DNA of 64,000 nt, from the NCBI RefSeq assembly GCF_963921235.1, contig NC_086097.1:51338001-51402000 (forward strand). The letters are read 5' to 3'. Shown one piece after another: positions 12,651 through 26,378 of the stretch (position 1 is its first letter; each line of letters starts with the position of its first letter). The notes beneath the pieces were generated by a model that saw only the letters and a list, made by a program, of their open reading frames with translations, did not search any database and was not told where the DNA came from. The DNA comes from Mobula hypostoma (lineage: Eukaryota). The position numbers and the translations under genes are program-made.

Positions 12651-15600
12651 GTTTAATTTACTTCTTACTTGAATTAAAAAATTTGTGCACAAACTTTCTA
12701 TTGATGCCTCAATGTACAGTAGTTTACAGATTTGTCACTAGTGTTAGAGTGCTGCAATTTAAAAGCACTATTTAGAACATGGTGAAGTTGTTGACAAAAG
12801 CATTTTGCATATTTCATCTCATTCAATATGTGTAGCTCATAAAATAAACTGGTTTTATTGGCAAGGATAATGTGAAACTTGGATTTGGGTCACTCAAACG
12901 CAGCATGAGCAGAACAAGCCAAAATGTTTTGTTGCCTCATTTTGAAAGCAGTACTTTGATATAATAAGCAATGGCCGGAGTTATGAAAGTTTTCATCCTT
13001 GGATAGTCACACAGTTTTGAAAAATGTAATTATCCTGACACTCATTACTCCAAACAATGAAGTGTTGATTTATTTGACTGGTTTGTTCCACCTGCAGCTC
13101 ACAATGAAATGGCCCTCTATCTAGAAGGGTTACTGTTAGTCAAGTTGAAAATTAGGCCATTTGCCTATTTAGTTTAATCTGTCACAAACAATCTTAGGCT
13201 GCATATAATTTGCATTTAACAAATAAACCCACATCTATAACCGACCTGCAGCCTCAATTGATTTTTATTGTTTTTGATTTTCACAGTAAAATTTAATTTT
13301 AGCATTGACATTTCCACCCAGCAAACAGCAGGCATCAACATTACTAGCTGGCATATTAGCAGGCTTTTGTTGCCTGATGATAACTTGCCTGATGATAACT
13401 TGTTGTTTTGACAAGAGTAGCTAGAAATTTAGCACCACTTCAAAATTTTTATCTAAGGTTCTCTTTTTATCTTGATTAAAAGAAGAGCCATTCTCACATT
13501 TAGGTCAAAGGTTTTGATGCTTTTAAGTCTCAAGGCTCAAATATGCCATTGTAAAACATCTTTCTTCATTATGTTTCGGACTCAGTGGAATTGCAATGTT
13601 TCAATTTGCAGGGTCATTCAAAGATGCTAAATCTCCCACACAGCAGGCTACCCTAAAATGATTTGGTGATGAAAAACTGCAGGTAGAAATTGGTTAATTA
13701 GTGATAATTACTAGAAGTGACCAATTTCATGAGGGACATAGAACAGCATTTGTTGTATTATTGTTCTCATACAATATGCAGATAACATGGAGTTCTGCCT
13801 AAACAGGTGTCAATGCCTTACATATGCTAATAAGGAGTTTACTATCTGATGTCCAAGCCTTTGAGAAATAAAGCTACTGTGAGTGGAAGAGACATCTGTC
13901 CAGTCAGTGTTCCTTGGCACAGATGTGGTCTGCTGAATGCCATTTTAAAACAATTAAAATTTATTTGGGGCTAGGAGGAGCTGAAGTCAATATCACTCCT
14001 GTTCTTCTCCCCTCGTTCCATCTACCGACATCTGCTGTCAATGTGACCAAATGCCAAGTTTCCCAGCTGAAATGGAAAGTGGTTAATGGGGATATGATAG
14101 GTGCTATCAACCCATTTAAATGGCCTAGATCAGGCCCAATGACAATATCAATCTGGTCCACTAAATCACCATTCTGCTGCTATCCATCCAGAATCTGGGT
14201 TTGGAAAGGTACCCTAATTAGTGCATCGAGCTTGCCAAAGTCAAGCTCAACTTAGGAAAAACAATGTTGTTTGGCTACTCCAGTTTTCAATGTGTCTATA
14301 CTGCTGCCACAGGTTTAACAGTGGATGTGACTTAAATGCTCATAGAACTGTAGTCAGGCTTCCACTGGAATAATAAATGGTTTCACATTTTCTCCGTAAA
14401 ATAAATGACTGCCTTAATGTGTTTACCATCAGTTAGTGGCCATCTTCTTCAGAGCTGTAAGGCTGTTTGAGACACCATTTACATTGCAGCCTTTAGGCCA
14501 GCAACATTGGGCTTTTCCCAAAAGGTTGTGGGGCTGCAAAAAAAATTAATATATTTTCTGTGCATGCTTTATATACAATCTTTCATCATTACTCCCTTCA
14601 CTATAAACACTTCCTTCGTTGTCAGTCACTTTTGACTGCGCCCCCTTCCCTACGAGTACAGTTCCTTTCTCTTTCATGTTCTTTGTTCTGTTCACTTAAT
14701 ACACATCTCATCTTCCAACTCAGCAGAAGAGCAATGGTTTAAGTGCCTGTATTTTCTTTTTCTTTGCCGTATGCACATTCCATTTGTAATTTGCTGCAAA
14801 ATGATTTCTGATCTCTCTCGCATTCAAGTATAGGAAAAGGAGGATTCAATAACCACCAGCAGACATGGTCTAATGGTGCACTCGGACAATGAGGTCTTCT
14901 TGACTAGTACAGGCCAGTACCAAATCATGGTAAGAACGTGAAAACATCAATTGAACCACTGAAAATATTAAAACAGAGCTAGGTAGGGAGAGCAATAAAA
15001 AAAAAAGGCCAGTTTATAATTTGTGGAATCAGGAGGAGTGGGCGCTCATTGCTGATCCTTATACCTCTAGTTTCAGTAATATACAGCAACTCCAACCACT
15101 GCACCAGTGGAACCCCTCGTGGGGAGGACTGAAAAACAAGTCTGAGCTCCAATGCATTTATCATTTGCAAGTATACTAATTAAAAACAAGGGTACTAATT
15201 AAAAACTGCCTTTGTTTTAAACTTCTACTTAAAGTATAAATAAATGACCCAATTTTAATTATGTTGAAGAGCTACCCCATTTGCCAAATCATCAGACACA
15301 CCATCAAACAGTAGCAAAGACCTCTCTCAGGAAAAGAAAATATTTCAATGGGTGACATTTCTCTCAGTAACAGGGCTACTGCTTAATATAAAGCAACAGT
15401 GACAGCAGCTATGAGGGAAGTAAATGTGACTCGGTCATCTCATTCCTTTCACATGCACCTAAAGTGATGAGGAGTGAATAAAATGAATAATTCACATCTG
15501 GCAATGGGTTTCAGTTTTTTTAAAAACTGTAAATGTTACTTCTCCTGCTCAGAAAATAACTCAACAGTATTTCTTCCCACCATTTGGAATGGATTTTGAA

Positions 15601-16430
15601 TTTTTAAAAAAATCAAAAGACTAGCTAGTAACAATGTCCTCCCACGGTATATAGACTAGCAAAAATCTTTTTGAAGTCCAATATATAGAAGAACAAACCA
15701 TGAAGCATACAGAAGAGGATTAACATGGGAAAAATAAAGCCGTGAGTACAGGTTACAAGAGCAGTAATCTAAGGCCTGAAGTAATGATCTGGAAATGTAT
15801 AAACCACATCAACAGCAGCTGTTGAATTTAAATTAGTTTAATTACATAAATTTTGAATAAAATGTTTGTGTCAGTAATGATGACCCTGAAACTACTTCAT
15901 TGACATTTAAACTAACTTGGCTCATTAATGTCATGACAAAATAACAGAGTCTAGTAAAACAGGCAAGGTTCTTCTTGTTAATATTTGGGGATTTTTGTCA
16001 AAATTGGCAGAGTTGTCCCACAGACCAATCAATGAAGAGCCGGACAAAGTTGTTCTCAGATATTGCAGTTTTTAAGCCAACATCCCCAACTACTCCAAAA
16101 CCATCACAGGAATTTCCCTGTCTCACAGATGGCCCAGGTCTACACAAGGCAGCAGTAGACTACATTGTCAGGGTGGAGATGTTCCTAGAATATTCAATAT
16201 TGATTCCAGCTCATATGAAATCCCAGTGCATCAGATCAAATTCAGCCAAAGAAAGCTTTCTCCTGACCTTCCTCAATGATGAATGAGCACTCGTCCAATA
16301 GTGAGAGTGGCAAGGACATGGGGCATAAGTGGGGCTCAGCAAAAGATGATCTTTCCAAACCCAGCCTTGAAGACACTGATTGCAAACTACTCCTGTGGCA
16401 GATATGGTGGAACGCAATAAGATGAGAAAC

Positions 16431-16690
16431 ATGATGATGACGACGTCGACTCAGACCTGAGAAGCCAGTGTCGGGCATCTTCATACCTTACAAGGCGCAG
16501 TTTGAAAGGCTGTGTGGGGCACCACTCCTCGCACAGACATTTCAGTGTTATTTTACAAGGCCGGGTTGCGAGCTCGACATCAACCCGGCGCGGATGGAGA
16601 GCACACACGGGGGCGGCCTGTCACTGGATTGAACTCGGGAACCTCCGTTCTCGAGCCCGGTGCTGATCTCACTGTGCCACCAGCTGACCT
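16431..16690 (-). mobile_element. tRNA-derived SINE
   Basis: Minus-strand head with A-box-like TGGCACAGTGAG and B-box GAGTTCAATCC; (CAT)n tail; 9-bp TSD ATGAGAAAC at 16422-16430 and 16691-16699. Confidence 0.8.
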
Positions 16691-16956
16691 ATGAGAAACC
16701 TACTTGACTCCATTCTCACTAATTTGTGGGGTGTGCCAGTACCAGGCACTCTGGAAAAAAAACTAGGTGCCAATCTCAGGAACCTATGACATGCGACCCC
16801 AAAAACAAATGAATCGGATTAAAGTCTGCCACGTCCAATCATGACTAGTAAGCAAGCAATGATGGGCAGCAGCTCAAAGAGCATCCCCTTTCAATGCTGG
16901 CAGAGGCAGCAAGTGTATACAAATGACATGCAAATTAGAAGTGTGAATTAACAAGC

Positions 16957-17059
16957 AACACACATAAAAGTTGCTAGTGAACGCAGCAGGCCAGGCAGCA
17001 TCTCTTGGAAGAGGTACAGTTGACATTTCGGGCCGGGACGCTTCGTCAGGACTAACAAG
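16957..17059 (-). mobile_element. Short Penelope-derived 3' terminal insertion
   Basis: Same family; 9-bp TSD TTAACAAGC at 16948-16956 and 17060-17068. Confidence 0.75.
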
Positions 17060-18294
17060 TTAACAAGCCTCCACCTTCACCTCAGTCACCACGATAACAG
17101 AAGTCTATCCTCAGGAAATACCATTCGTTCCTTGCAATAATGCCCCAACTGGTTTATCCAGAGAAAACTAAGTACTCCCCATCATTTTGTAAGTTGTAGA
17201 AGGATAATTTAAAAAAATCATTATTGATAAGCCTTAGAAATCAAAGAAAAAATTACCTTTCTTGATTTTGGGCTATCATGGGCCATTTCACAGACAGTGA
17301 AACCTTATGAGAAACAACTACTGTACTATAAATCTCTGGAATTCTCTGTCTTCAAGGCTGGTGGAACCAGATTTAAAGTTGAGAGAGATAAATTTTTTTT
17401 AAGATTGAGAAATGGAGCCTCAAAGAACTGGCACAAAAGAGGCACTGAGGCCAGCATACATCAGTTATGATCACATTGTACAATGCAGCAGTTTTAAAGG
17501 GCCAAGTGGCCTATTCCTTTTCCTATTTTTCTTGTGTTCTTTTCTTCTTGTTATATAGGGAAATATACCAGCCCTAATATACAGAAATCCCACACACAAA
17601 AGTGATATGGCAATTGCCCTTTTAATGAACTTGATTAGGGTTGAATATTGGCAAGAATGCAAGGACTTCTGAGAAGGGGTGAATTTAATTGTTTCCTAAA
17701 TTTTAAAAATCAGCTTTGAGAAACAAAATACCCACTGCTCCACCAAGTGATAGCAATGGAAAACAAATTCAAAAGTATCTTTGAAAGAGGCAGGAAAAAG
17801 TAAGCAAGATCTCCTTTCCCATTCTCCCCACCCCTGCCCAATGGCAGCAATGTTACAATCCACTGCTAAGGCAGTTTAGACAACAGGTTGCACTTACATA
17901 AAGATCTTCAAACTAGGAAAATATTCCAAGCCACATCAAGAGAGTACCAGAGACGTTGTACTGTACAGAGTTTTAGAAAGAATACTTAAAAAGAAAACGG
18001 ATACATATTCAAAACAGACAATAATGCAACACCATGTTAGGCAAATTAAATCAGATAGTCCAGTTGAAGAACTTAGATTGATCTAAGGGACCAATGCTTC
18101 TGGGAGCGCAAAGAGGTTCTGAATGTTCTTGGTATCCTCATTTTTAGAAAGAAATTGACACGTGAGCCCATTAAAACAGTTAAATTACAGGCTTTATGAT
18201 CAACAAATGTAGAAAGGAATCAATTTAAGTTCAATACTAGATTTAATTCATAAGCATTGCCTAGGATGCTAGGATTATTTCTCTATTCTTCTTT

Positions 18295-18645
18295 GAAGTA
18301 GAGATTTGGATCCACCTGAGAACAGGCAGGGTTTTCTTCCGTTTATTGTCTCATCCAGGTTCAGGTGCAAGTGGGTAGGTTGGTGGAAAGCAAGAGTATA
18401 GGCCCAACTGATACTCATCTCAGAAAATGTAAAACTTGACAGTTCGTTTCATGCTCACGTAAATTCATCCCATAACATTAATGATATATGCGTGGGCAAG
18501 TTTAAATTTGCCCACAAGCCACCAGTCTTCCCAGGAGTTCTCCAGTGCTGTAGCACTCCCTCAGTACTGGAGCGTCAGTCAGCCTTGGCTTTTGTGCCCA
18601 AATCTCTAGGGGGAACAATGAACACGGATCTTAGAGAGTCAGAGG
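18295..18645 (-). mobile_element. Old Deu-domain SINE fragments
   Basis: GCACTCCCTCAGTACTG...GTCAGCC and ATCCACCTGAG...GTCTCATCC resemble the reverse complement of the DeuSINE core as I recall it. Confidence 0.5.
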
Positions 18646-18839
18646 CAATTTCTATTCTTGGAGGCTCAGCTGTCAGTTCATTTGTTTATCCAGCACACCG
18701 TGCAACAGTATGTTTAGCAAACACTTGCAAATCCCATCAGCCGCGGTATACAAGAACAGACCGATAAACTCTTACAAATTAGAAACTTGGCCGCTGTATA
18801 CGGGGTGGAATTTGAGTTAGGGACAATCAAAACAGTAAT

Positions 18840-19700
18840 CATTTCTTTTACACGTGAAAGATCTAAATGAAGGTCGTCTCGCAGCGGTTACGGTCTGAAC
18901 CCGCTTCCAGAAGTTTACGTTTACCAGACAACGACACAGTTGAACACTGCACTACGAGGTAGCTCGCAGGAAGGATGATTAATCATATTGGGAGTGGATG
19001 ATGATTGCAACGTCTCCAAAACACAGATGGATGCAGGGAGGGACGTTGAATAAAACTAGCTCGCCCCAAAATGCAGGTTTCAAACAATTCAGCTTCATCT
19101 TAATTATTTTTAAAGATATTCCCTGTTTAATTAAGCATACAAACAGGAAGCTGCAATCTAGGTTAGCAAATCTAAAGGCAACACAATTGTCAGTACAAGG
19201 TAAACATCACACACCCAATAAAATATAATCAACTTTAAAGGAGATACACGTTTTCGCCCACCGTTGTGAGAAACGCCCTGACTGCCCTTGACGATCCCCA
19301 CTACCGAAAAGCAATTTCAAACGGACACTTCCTGCAGCTGTTGGTGCAAAATTCACTCCATGGTTTGAATCTCATTCAGCAGCTAAAACAACGCTTACCA
19401 ACTGCTCCCAGATTTCACTCTACTTCCCGGCCTTCCCCCGCTTGTCAGCGGTCTTCAGCTGGAGGTCAAAAGATGCCCTGAACAGCAGGAGCAGTGTCGG
19501 GGCGAGCAATCTCCCGGGCATCAGACAGGGGAGCTGATCAACCTCCCGCTCTCCCGCTCTCCCGCTCTCTTCCTTCCTCCCTCCCTGTCCTTCTGCCAGA
19601 TCTGCCCTCGCCTTGCAGCTTTTCAACGGTTTCTGTCATAGGAGGCGGCTCCTGCATAATCTCTGCGCTTTAAAACGTAAAAGGTCAGGCTTAAGCACTG
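18840..19700 (-). promoter_or_regulatory. NIN: Probable NIN promoter and non-coding first exon (exon 3' end at 19399)
   Basis: Local CpG/GC enrichment in an AT-rich, CpG-poor background, not recognisable as a repeat. Consensus donor TTG|GTAAGC on the minus strand at 19399/19398. The NIN ATG exon has an upstream acceptor, so a non-coding exon must exist. Confidence 0.55.
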
Positions 19701-19926
19701 AACCATGTGACATTCACAGATGGGCTCTTACAGGCTTTAAACAATTTTCGCTTTCTCACTATTTCAGCGCCTTCTGCAGACTGGAAGACCGATGTAGCAA
19801 ATCGCAAGGAATAAGCACAATAAGCTTGTTCTTTTTGTTTCTCTGTTCTATATTACTGTATAATAATAATGAACGTATTCTTGACTGAACAGTTTAAGGG
19901 AAAGAAAATGATCTTATGAAAATAGA

Positions 19927-20121
19927 AAACAACAGGAATTCTGCAGATGCTGGAAATTCAAGCAACATACATCAAAGTTGCTGGTGAACGCAGCAGGCCA
20001 AGCAGCATCTGTAGGAAGAGGTGCAGTCGACGTTTCAGGCCAAGACCCTTCGTCAGGACTACTACTCTTCCTACAGATGCTGCTTGGCCTGCTGCCTTCA
20101 CCAGCAACTTTGATGTATGTT
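19927..20121. mobile_element. Short Penelope-derived fold-back insertion
   Basis: 57-bp inverted arms 19964-20020 / 20065-20121; TSD TTATGAAAATAGA at 19914-19926 and 20120-20132. Confidence 0.85.
20025..20060 (-). ncRNA. Minimal type I hammerhead ribozyme-like motif
   Basis: AGUC-CUGACGA-AGGGUCUUGGCCU-GAAAC-GUC-GACU, in the loop of the fold-back element. Confidence 0.68.
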
Positions 20122-20690
20122 ATGAAAATAGATTCGCATTATTCCTATGATTGAAACACATATTAACGACTAGCTCCTCAAATGACTTAGTGTGCGCTTG
20201 AAATAACTTGGTCAATACAGGTGGAGATTTTCAAGTTTTGCTCGGTGTTGAATGAGCTGATTGTGGTCAGGTTAAATTGAACACTCTTGTCTGGGGTGGG
20301 ATGGTGGATACTGTCTAGTGTGGTAGACACGAGGCACTGCAGATATTGTAATCTGGAACATCAGACAATCCGTCCAGACGCCGGGTTTAGACTGTTGACA
20401 ATTCACCCCGCCCACAGATGCGGCTCTCAAATAAGTACCTCCAGCAGACTGTCACTATCCAGTGTTGGATTCTCATGCAGTGACGCTAAGCTGCAAGTGT
20501 GAGTGCTTGACTTCAGACAACTACAGGAATCACTGGGATAGTTCCCAGCCAGATATGAAGGCACTGTTTCACCAGGAACACAATAGAGTTTGGAGTTAAT
20601 ACTTTGAAGAGAGTAAATGGAGAAGATAAACTTGCAAAACGTTCACCTCATTAGTTTTCCAAAATCGTGACCCAATGTCAACACCTCCTA

Positions 20691-21819
20691 CAAACAAGAG
20701 AAAATCTGCAGATGCTAGAAATCTGAGCAACACACACAATATGCTGGAAGAACAGCAGGCCAAGCAGCATCTTTGGAAAAGAGTGAAGAGTCGACGTTTT
20801 AGGCCGAAACCCTTCGTCTGGACTGGAGACAAAAAGATGAGGAGTCAGAGTAAGAAGGTGGGGGAGGGGAGGAGGAAATACAAGGTCGTGGGTGATAGGT
20901 GAAACCGAGAGAGGGGGAGGGGTGAGGTAAAGAGCTGGAAAGTCAATTGCTGAGAGATAAAGGGCTGGAGAAGGGGGAATCTGATAGGAGAGGACAGAAG
21001 GCCATGGAAGAAAGAGAAGGGGGAGGTGATGGGCAGGTAATGAGATAAGGTGAGAGAGGAAAATTGGAATGGGGAATAGTGAAGAAGAAGGGGATTAGCA
21101 GAAGTTTGAGAAATGCCATCAGGTTGCAGGCTACCCAACCGACACTTCACCTGAGAGTCTGTTGGGGTCATCTACTGTATCCGGTGCTCCCAGTGTGGCC
21201 TCCTGTATATTAGTGAATGCAGATTGGAGACAACTTTGCCGAACACCTATGCTCTGTCTGCCAGTAAAAGTGGGATTTTCCAGTGACCACCCATTTTAAT
21301 TCTACTTCCCATTCCCATTCTGACACGTCAGTCCATGGCCTCCTCTGCTGCCACAATGAGGCCACACTCAGTTTGGAGGAACAACACATTATATTCAGTC
21401 TGGGTAGCCTCCAACTTGATGGCATGAACATTGATTTCTCAATCTTCTGGTAATGGCCCCCCACTCCCTTCACCATTCCCATTTCCCTCTCTCAACTTAT
21501 CTCCTTCCCTGCCCAACACTTCCCTCTGGTGCTCCTCCCCTTCCCTTTATTCCATGGCCTTCTGTCCTCTCCTATCAGGTTCTGCCTGCTCCAGCCCTGT
21601 ATCTCTCACCAATTGACTTCCCAGCTCTTTACTTCATGCCTCCTCTCCCGGTTTCATCTATCACCTACTACCTTGTAATTCTTCCTCCCCTCCCCCCGCC
21701 TTCTTACTCTGACTTCTCATCTGCTTTCTCCAGTCCAGATGAAGTGTATCGGCCCAAAACGTTGACTCTTTTCCATAGATGCTGCCTGGCCTGCAGAGTT
21801 TCTGCATCATCTTGTGTGT
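20691..21819. mobile_element. Penelope-like element with inverted structure (minus copy 20691-~21140, plus copy ~21141-21819)
   Basis: GIY-YIG remnant on plus and an inverted copy of the 3' region on the left; diverged flanking repeat GTCAACACCTCCTA / GTCGGCACCTTCTA. Confidence 0.8.
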
Positions 21820-22239
21820 GTCGGCACCTTCTAGGTGTTGGGGAAATGGGAAACAAACCCCTCCAAGGAAAGCAACTGATGTTAGACAGTAGCCTTTACT
21901 AATTGCTCTTTGAAAGTGATCCTCATTGTAGGATGTAAAGATTTGCATCTCTTGAGACTATAGCAGCTGCTAAAGAATAACGACATGGTACTCTCCATAA
22001 CTTAGTGCTGGTAGACCTACAAAAAAGTAACACTTTCAAGCATAAAACATTATTATAGGTCTATTATAATAAAAAGAAAAAAGGGTGAGAGAATGCAGCA
22101 TGTCTGGCAGTAACTGTAGGGTAGGGAACAGAGTTGATGTTTCAGTTTGATAATCTTTAATCAGACCTTATTCTGCATGTTTATTTTTATACTGCATTTT
22201 TATTATCTGTTAATATTATCTTACGTGCTGAATGTAAGG

Positions 22240-22768
22240 TACCTCCTATACCTGCTAAAGTGGCCACAGAGTGTATGTTGGTGGTCTTCTGCAGCTGTAG
22301 TTCACCTACTTCTAGGTTCGGCATAGTGTGCATTCAGAGATGCTCTCCTGCACACCTCCGTTGTAACACATGGTTGTTTGAGTTACTATTGCATTCCTGT
22401 CAGTTTGAACCAGTCTGCCCATTCTCCTCTGACCTTTCTCATTAGCAAAGCTCACTGTATTTTATTTTTTGTTTTTTTTTTGCATCATTCTCTGCAAGTT
22501 CTAGAAACTGTTGTGTGTGAAAACCCCAGAAAATCAGCAGTTTCTGAGATACTCAAACCACCCCTTCTGGCACCAACAATTAGTTCACAAAATTACCTAG
22601 AATGTATTTCTTCCCAATTTTGATGTTTGGTCTGAACAACAAGTGAACCTCTTGACCATGTCTGCATGCTTTTATGCACTGAGTTGCTGCCACATGATTG
22701 GCTCATTAGATATTTCTATTAACAAACAGTTGTACATATGTACCTAATAAATAGGCCACTGAATGTAC
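22240..22768 (-). mobile_element. Non-autonomous Tc1-like element
   Basis: Similar to 53045-53488; terminal motif TAATAAA..GGCCACTGA.TGTA. Confidence 0.65.
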
Positions 22769-25309
22769 ACAGAGGAAAGTTGTTTTGTTTCACTGTATAC
22801 ACGTATATGTTTGAATGACAATAAACTTCATCTTGAAGTTACTCTAATTACACATTCCATTGAGAGGGATGTACAGAGGCCTGTTTGATGACAGACATTA
22901 GTAGAAATTACAATCTAGTGAGCAATGTCTTGTGTCTGAATTTTTGTTTTAGTAACAAAATTAAAAGCCCTGTCCAGATTTCCTTCTGTTTGTATTATTC
23001 TTACGTTTGCTTATGAACTGAAACTGGATAGAATTTTTGGTGATGCAAAAAGGCTTCAAGGGGTTTAATCAAGTTGAGTAGTGGGCAAATACATGGAAGA
23101 TGCAACATAGAACATAGAACAGTACAGGAACATGCCCTTCAGCCACAATGTTGTGCCAAACCAATTAAATGTCCAACTAAACTAATACCTTCCGCCTACA
23201 ATATGTCCATATCCTTCCATTTCCCTCACCTTTGTGTGCCTATCCAAATGTCTCTCAAACATAGATAGATAAATGTGAAATTATCCACTTTAATAGACAA
23301 AATAGAAAGATGGAGTATTATTCATGTGGTGATAGATTGGGATATACAAAGGAGAACAAAATAATGTTACTCCTGATCCAATGCAGCAGAAACTCCGAGG
23401 AGTTTGAAACTGCTCACAGTTCCCACACTGCTGTGCCAGCAATGTAAAGGGGGATGTGAGTTGTGGGTGGTTAAGTAGTATTTAGTCAAATGCATAGAAA
23501 GCAACAGACTGATACATGGGAATAATATGGAGGTCTACGTTCCCTGTACAGGTTTGTGGGCAGAATAACAGTTCAGCATGACCTGGATGGGCCGAAGAGC
23601 ATGCTTCAATGCTGTAGTGCTTTATGACTCTATAAATGGGAACGTATTGATTACCTGGACAAGGTGGGCTGAAGAGCCTCTTTCTATGCCATATGACTCT
23701 ATCAATCAGGAAGGTTTTATTTTTGAAGAGATTGGATCAGCCAGGCCTTTGTTCACAGAGCTGGATGTTTCACCTGCCTGGGCAAAGTGCTTTAAATAGG
23801 GTTCACTAACTTTGGATACCAAATAAGCTGCTTAGGAACAAGATGAGGATTTAAAATTAAATAAAGAAAGTATATAAAATAAAAAGCATAATTAAATATT
23901 AAAAAACTTTTAAACTATGAAGAGAAAAACAAGAATACCTGATTAAATATTAGCCCTCAACTACCACTGAGAGAAACATTGGAAAGGGGAAAAAAAACAG
24001 CAGAAAATGACATTTCCTAGAGAGTTCTGTTTGGTTTGGCTTGAACTGGAAGGATTGTTGAAAATTCAAACAAATTTATTGTCAAAGTACATGTATATTA
24101 CCATATACTATCTTGAGATTCATTTTCCTGCAGACAGTTACAGGAATAAAATACAATAGAATTTCATGAAAAGTTACTCATAGACAGATGAAGACTGACA
24201 ACCAATGCGCAAAAGACAAACTGTGCAAATAAAAAATAATGCTGAGAACAAGAGTTGTAGTTGAGGAAAGACAGCATAGACACAATTTCTTGGTTTACTT
24301 GGGTCTGCAAGAACACCTGTGCACATGCAGAAAGACCTTTAAAAGTAGCATTCATATTGAGAGTATGGCTATTGGAACAAACATTACCTTGGATTTCACT
24401 ACTGAAGTAAAATATAGTAGCTGAGAGGATTAAGAAATTTATAAGATGTTGTGCGGGTCATTAATCCACTCAATTCTGGTCATCACATTATGTGCAGAAT
24501 TTTTAGAGAGAGAAATTATAATTAGTTTTTAGTGAAAAAAATAGAGAATTTAATGTGACTAAATTGCAATTGATTTAGAGTATCTGATTACCTGGATCCC
24601 AAGTTTTTTTTGTGTGGAAATGGCATTGTTCTGGGTGCTGGCATAAATTTAGCAGGTCAATTGATCTCTTTCTTTGTTGAAAGGAAATTTGAGCAATGTG
24701 AGAAAGAAGTGGCTAGTGAGACAATAGATAATCTGGTTGTTATTGTTCCTCAAAATTCTGGTATAATTCTCACAGACTGGAAAGTAGTAAAACATGTTCC
24801 CACTATTAAAAGAAGAAGGGGGAGTGAAAATGTGGTTCCACTGTCCAATTAGTTTGACATAATTAATAGGAAAAGATGTGAGAATCTATTGTTAAGAAAG
24901 TGGAAGCATAAGATTTACAAAACACTAATAGCACTGAGTACAATCAAAGTGGAATTATGTAGTGAAATCATATTTTAAAAAACTATTATACTTTTTTGAG
25001 ATTGTAACAGGCAGATAGGTAAGGGAGAAACTAGTAGATGTGGTATATTTGGACTTTCAGAAGCCCTTCAATAAAGTGCCACACAAGAAGTTACAAAACA
25101 AGCTTAGAGCATAAAGGTTTTGCAGTAGTATACCAATGTGGACTCAGGATCCATGACAGAATCATCACTCCAAGAAAACCCACCATCAAGACACAAACCA
25201 CAATTAATGCCACTTGGGTAAAATTTTGCAAGTAGATTGTAAAACTATGCTGCAAGAAGGACCAAAAACTTAGGAAAACAGATAGCTAACAAGCTCTTCT
25301 GTAAGGAGT

Positions 25310-25520
25310 CTCTGTACGTCCTCCCCGTGAAATGCGTGGGTTTCCCCCGGGTGCTCTGATTTCCTCCCACAGTCCGAAGACTACCGGGCAGTTTAATTGG
25401 TCATTGTAAATTGACCTGTGATTAGGTTAAGGTTAATCAGGGTTGTCTGGGGTTGCTGAGGTGGAAGGGCTCAAAGAGCCGGAAGGGCCTCCTCCACACT
25501 GTATTGCTAAATAAAAATTT
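25310..25520 (+). mobile_element. V-SINE (HE1-like) fragment
   Basis: V-domain-like TCCCCGTG...GCGTGGGTTTCCCCCGGGTGCTCTGATTTCCTCCCACAGTCC followed by a CR1-like tail. Confidence 0.7.
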
Positions 25521-26378
25521 AAAAACAGAAATAAATTGAATTTAATAAGTTTTCTTCCTGTGCCTGAAATATTAACAAATTAAGGAGCCAAGCTTATTAA
25601 AATTTGATAATCACCTCCTGGTGGTAACTGAAACCTTAATTATTTATTGTGGTCCATCTTAGAAATGCACTAAAATATTTCTTGATTCTTACTTAGCTCA
25701 GTGATTAACAGTGAACTGGATGCCTGCTGGTTACTTCAGATCTTGCAGAGTGGAAACTTGGCTTAGTTCAGCTCAGTAGCACCACCGTGTGTCTAAATGT
25801 AAAGTTACATTGTACATTTCATTTTGGAGGTTACAAAAACAACTTTGATCAATTTCAAAGTTCAAAGTAAATTTACTATCAAAGTATGTATACCATATAC
25901 AACCTTAAGACTCATTCTCTTGTAGGCACTTACAGTAAAACAAAGAAGCACAATATAATACACGAAAAACTCCACATATCAAACATCCAATGTGCAAAAG
26001 AGGAAAATCATACAAACAAAAACAAACAAACAAATAATAGTCATGAGCTGCAGAGAAAGTGAGTCCACAGGCTTCAGTGTTGAGGCAAGTGAAGCCAGGC
26101 TAGTAGCCCGATGGCTGCAGATTAACAGCTGCTCCTGAACCTGGCAGCATGGTACCTAAAACTCCTGCACCTACCACCCAACGATAAAAGCAAGAAGAGA
26201 GAGAAATGGGTCAAGTGCAGCTAGATGTGATGGGCTCAGGTGGGGTTTCTTGGCTGGCACGGAGTAGTGGGGCTGAACATTGATTCCTTTTCCAATCTTG
26301 GGCCTCGATGGTTTAATCTGGTTCAACACTTTAATCAGTGCTCCCTCTTTCAGCTCTCACTCTCTTGTCATTATAATA

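Noticed and set aside
16620..16690. tRNA gene
   Set aside because: A/B boxes belong to a SINE head with body, tail and TSD; no complete cloverleaf evident.
23413..23525. Plus-strand TVP-x7-KG-x4-W...IHGN, spaced like an ABHD12/ABHD12B exon
   Set aside because: In-frame stop, no convincing splice acceptor, and the HGN part lies in what looks like a CR1 3' tail; likely coincidence, though worth including in a TBLASTN check.
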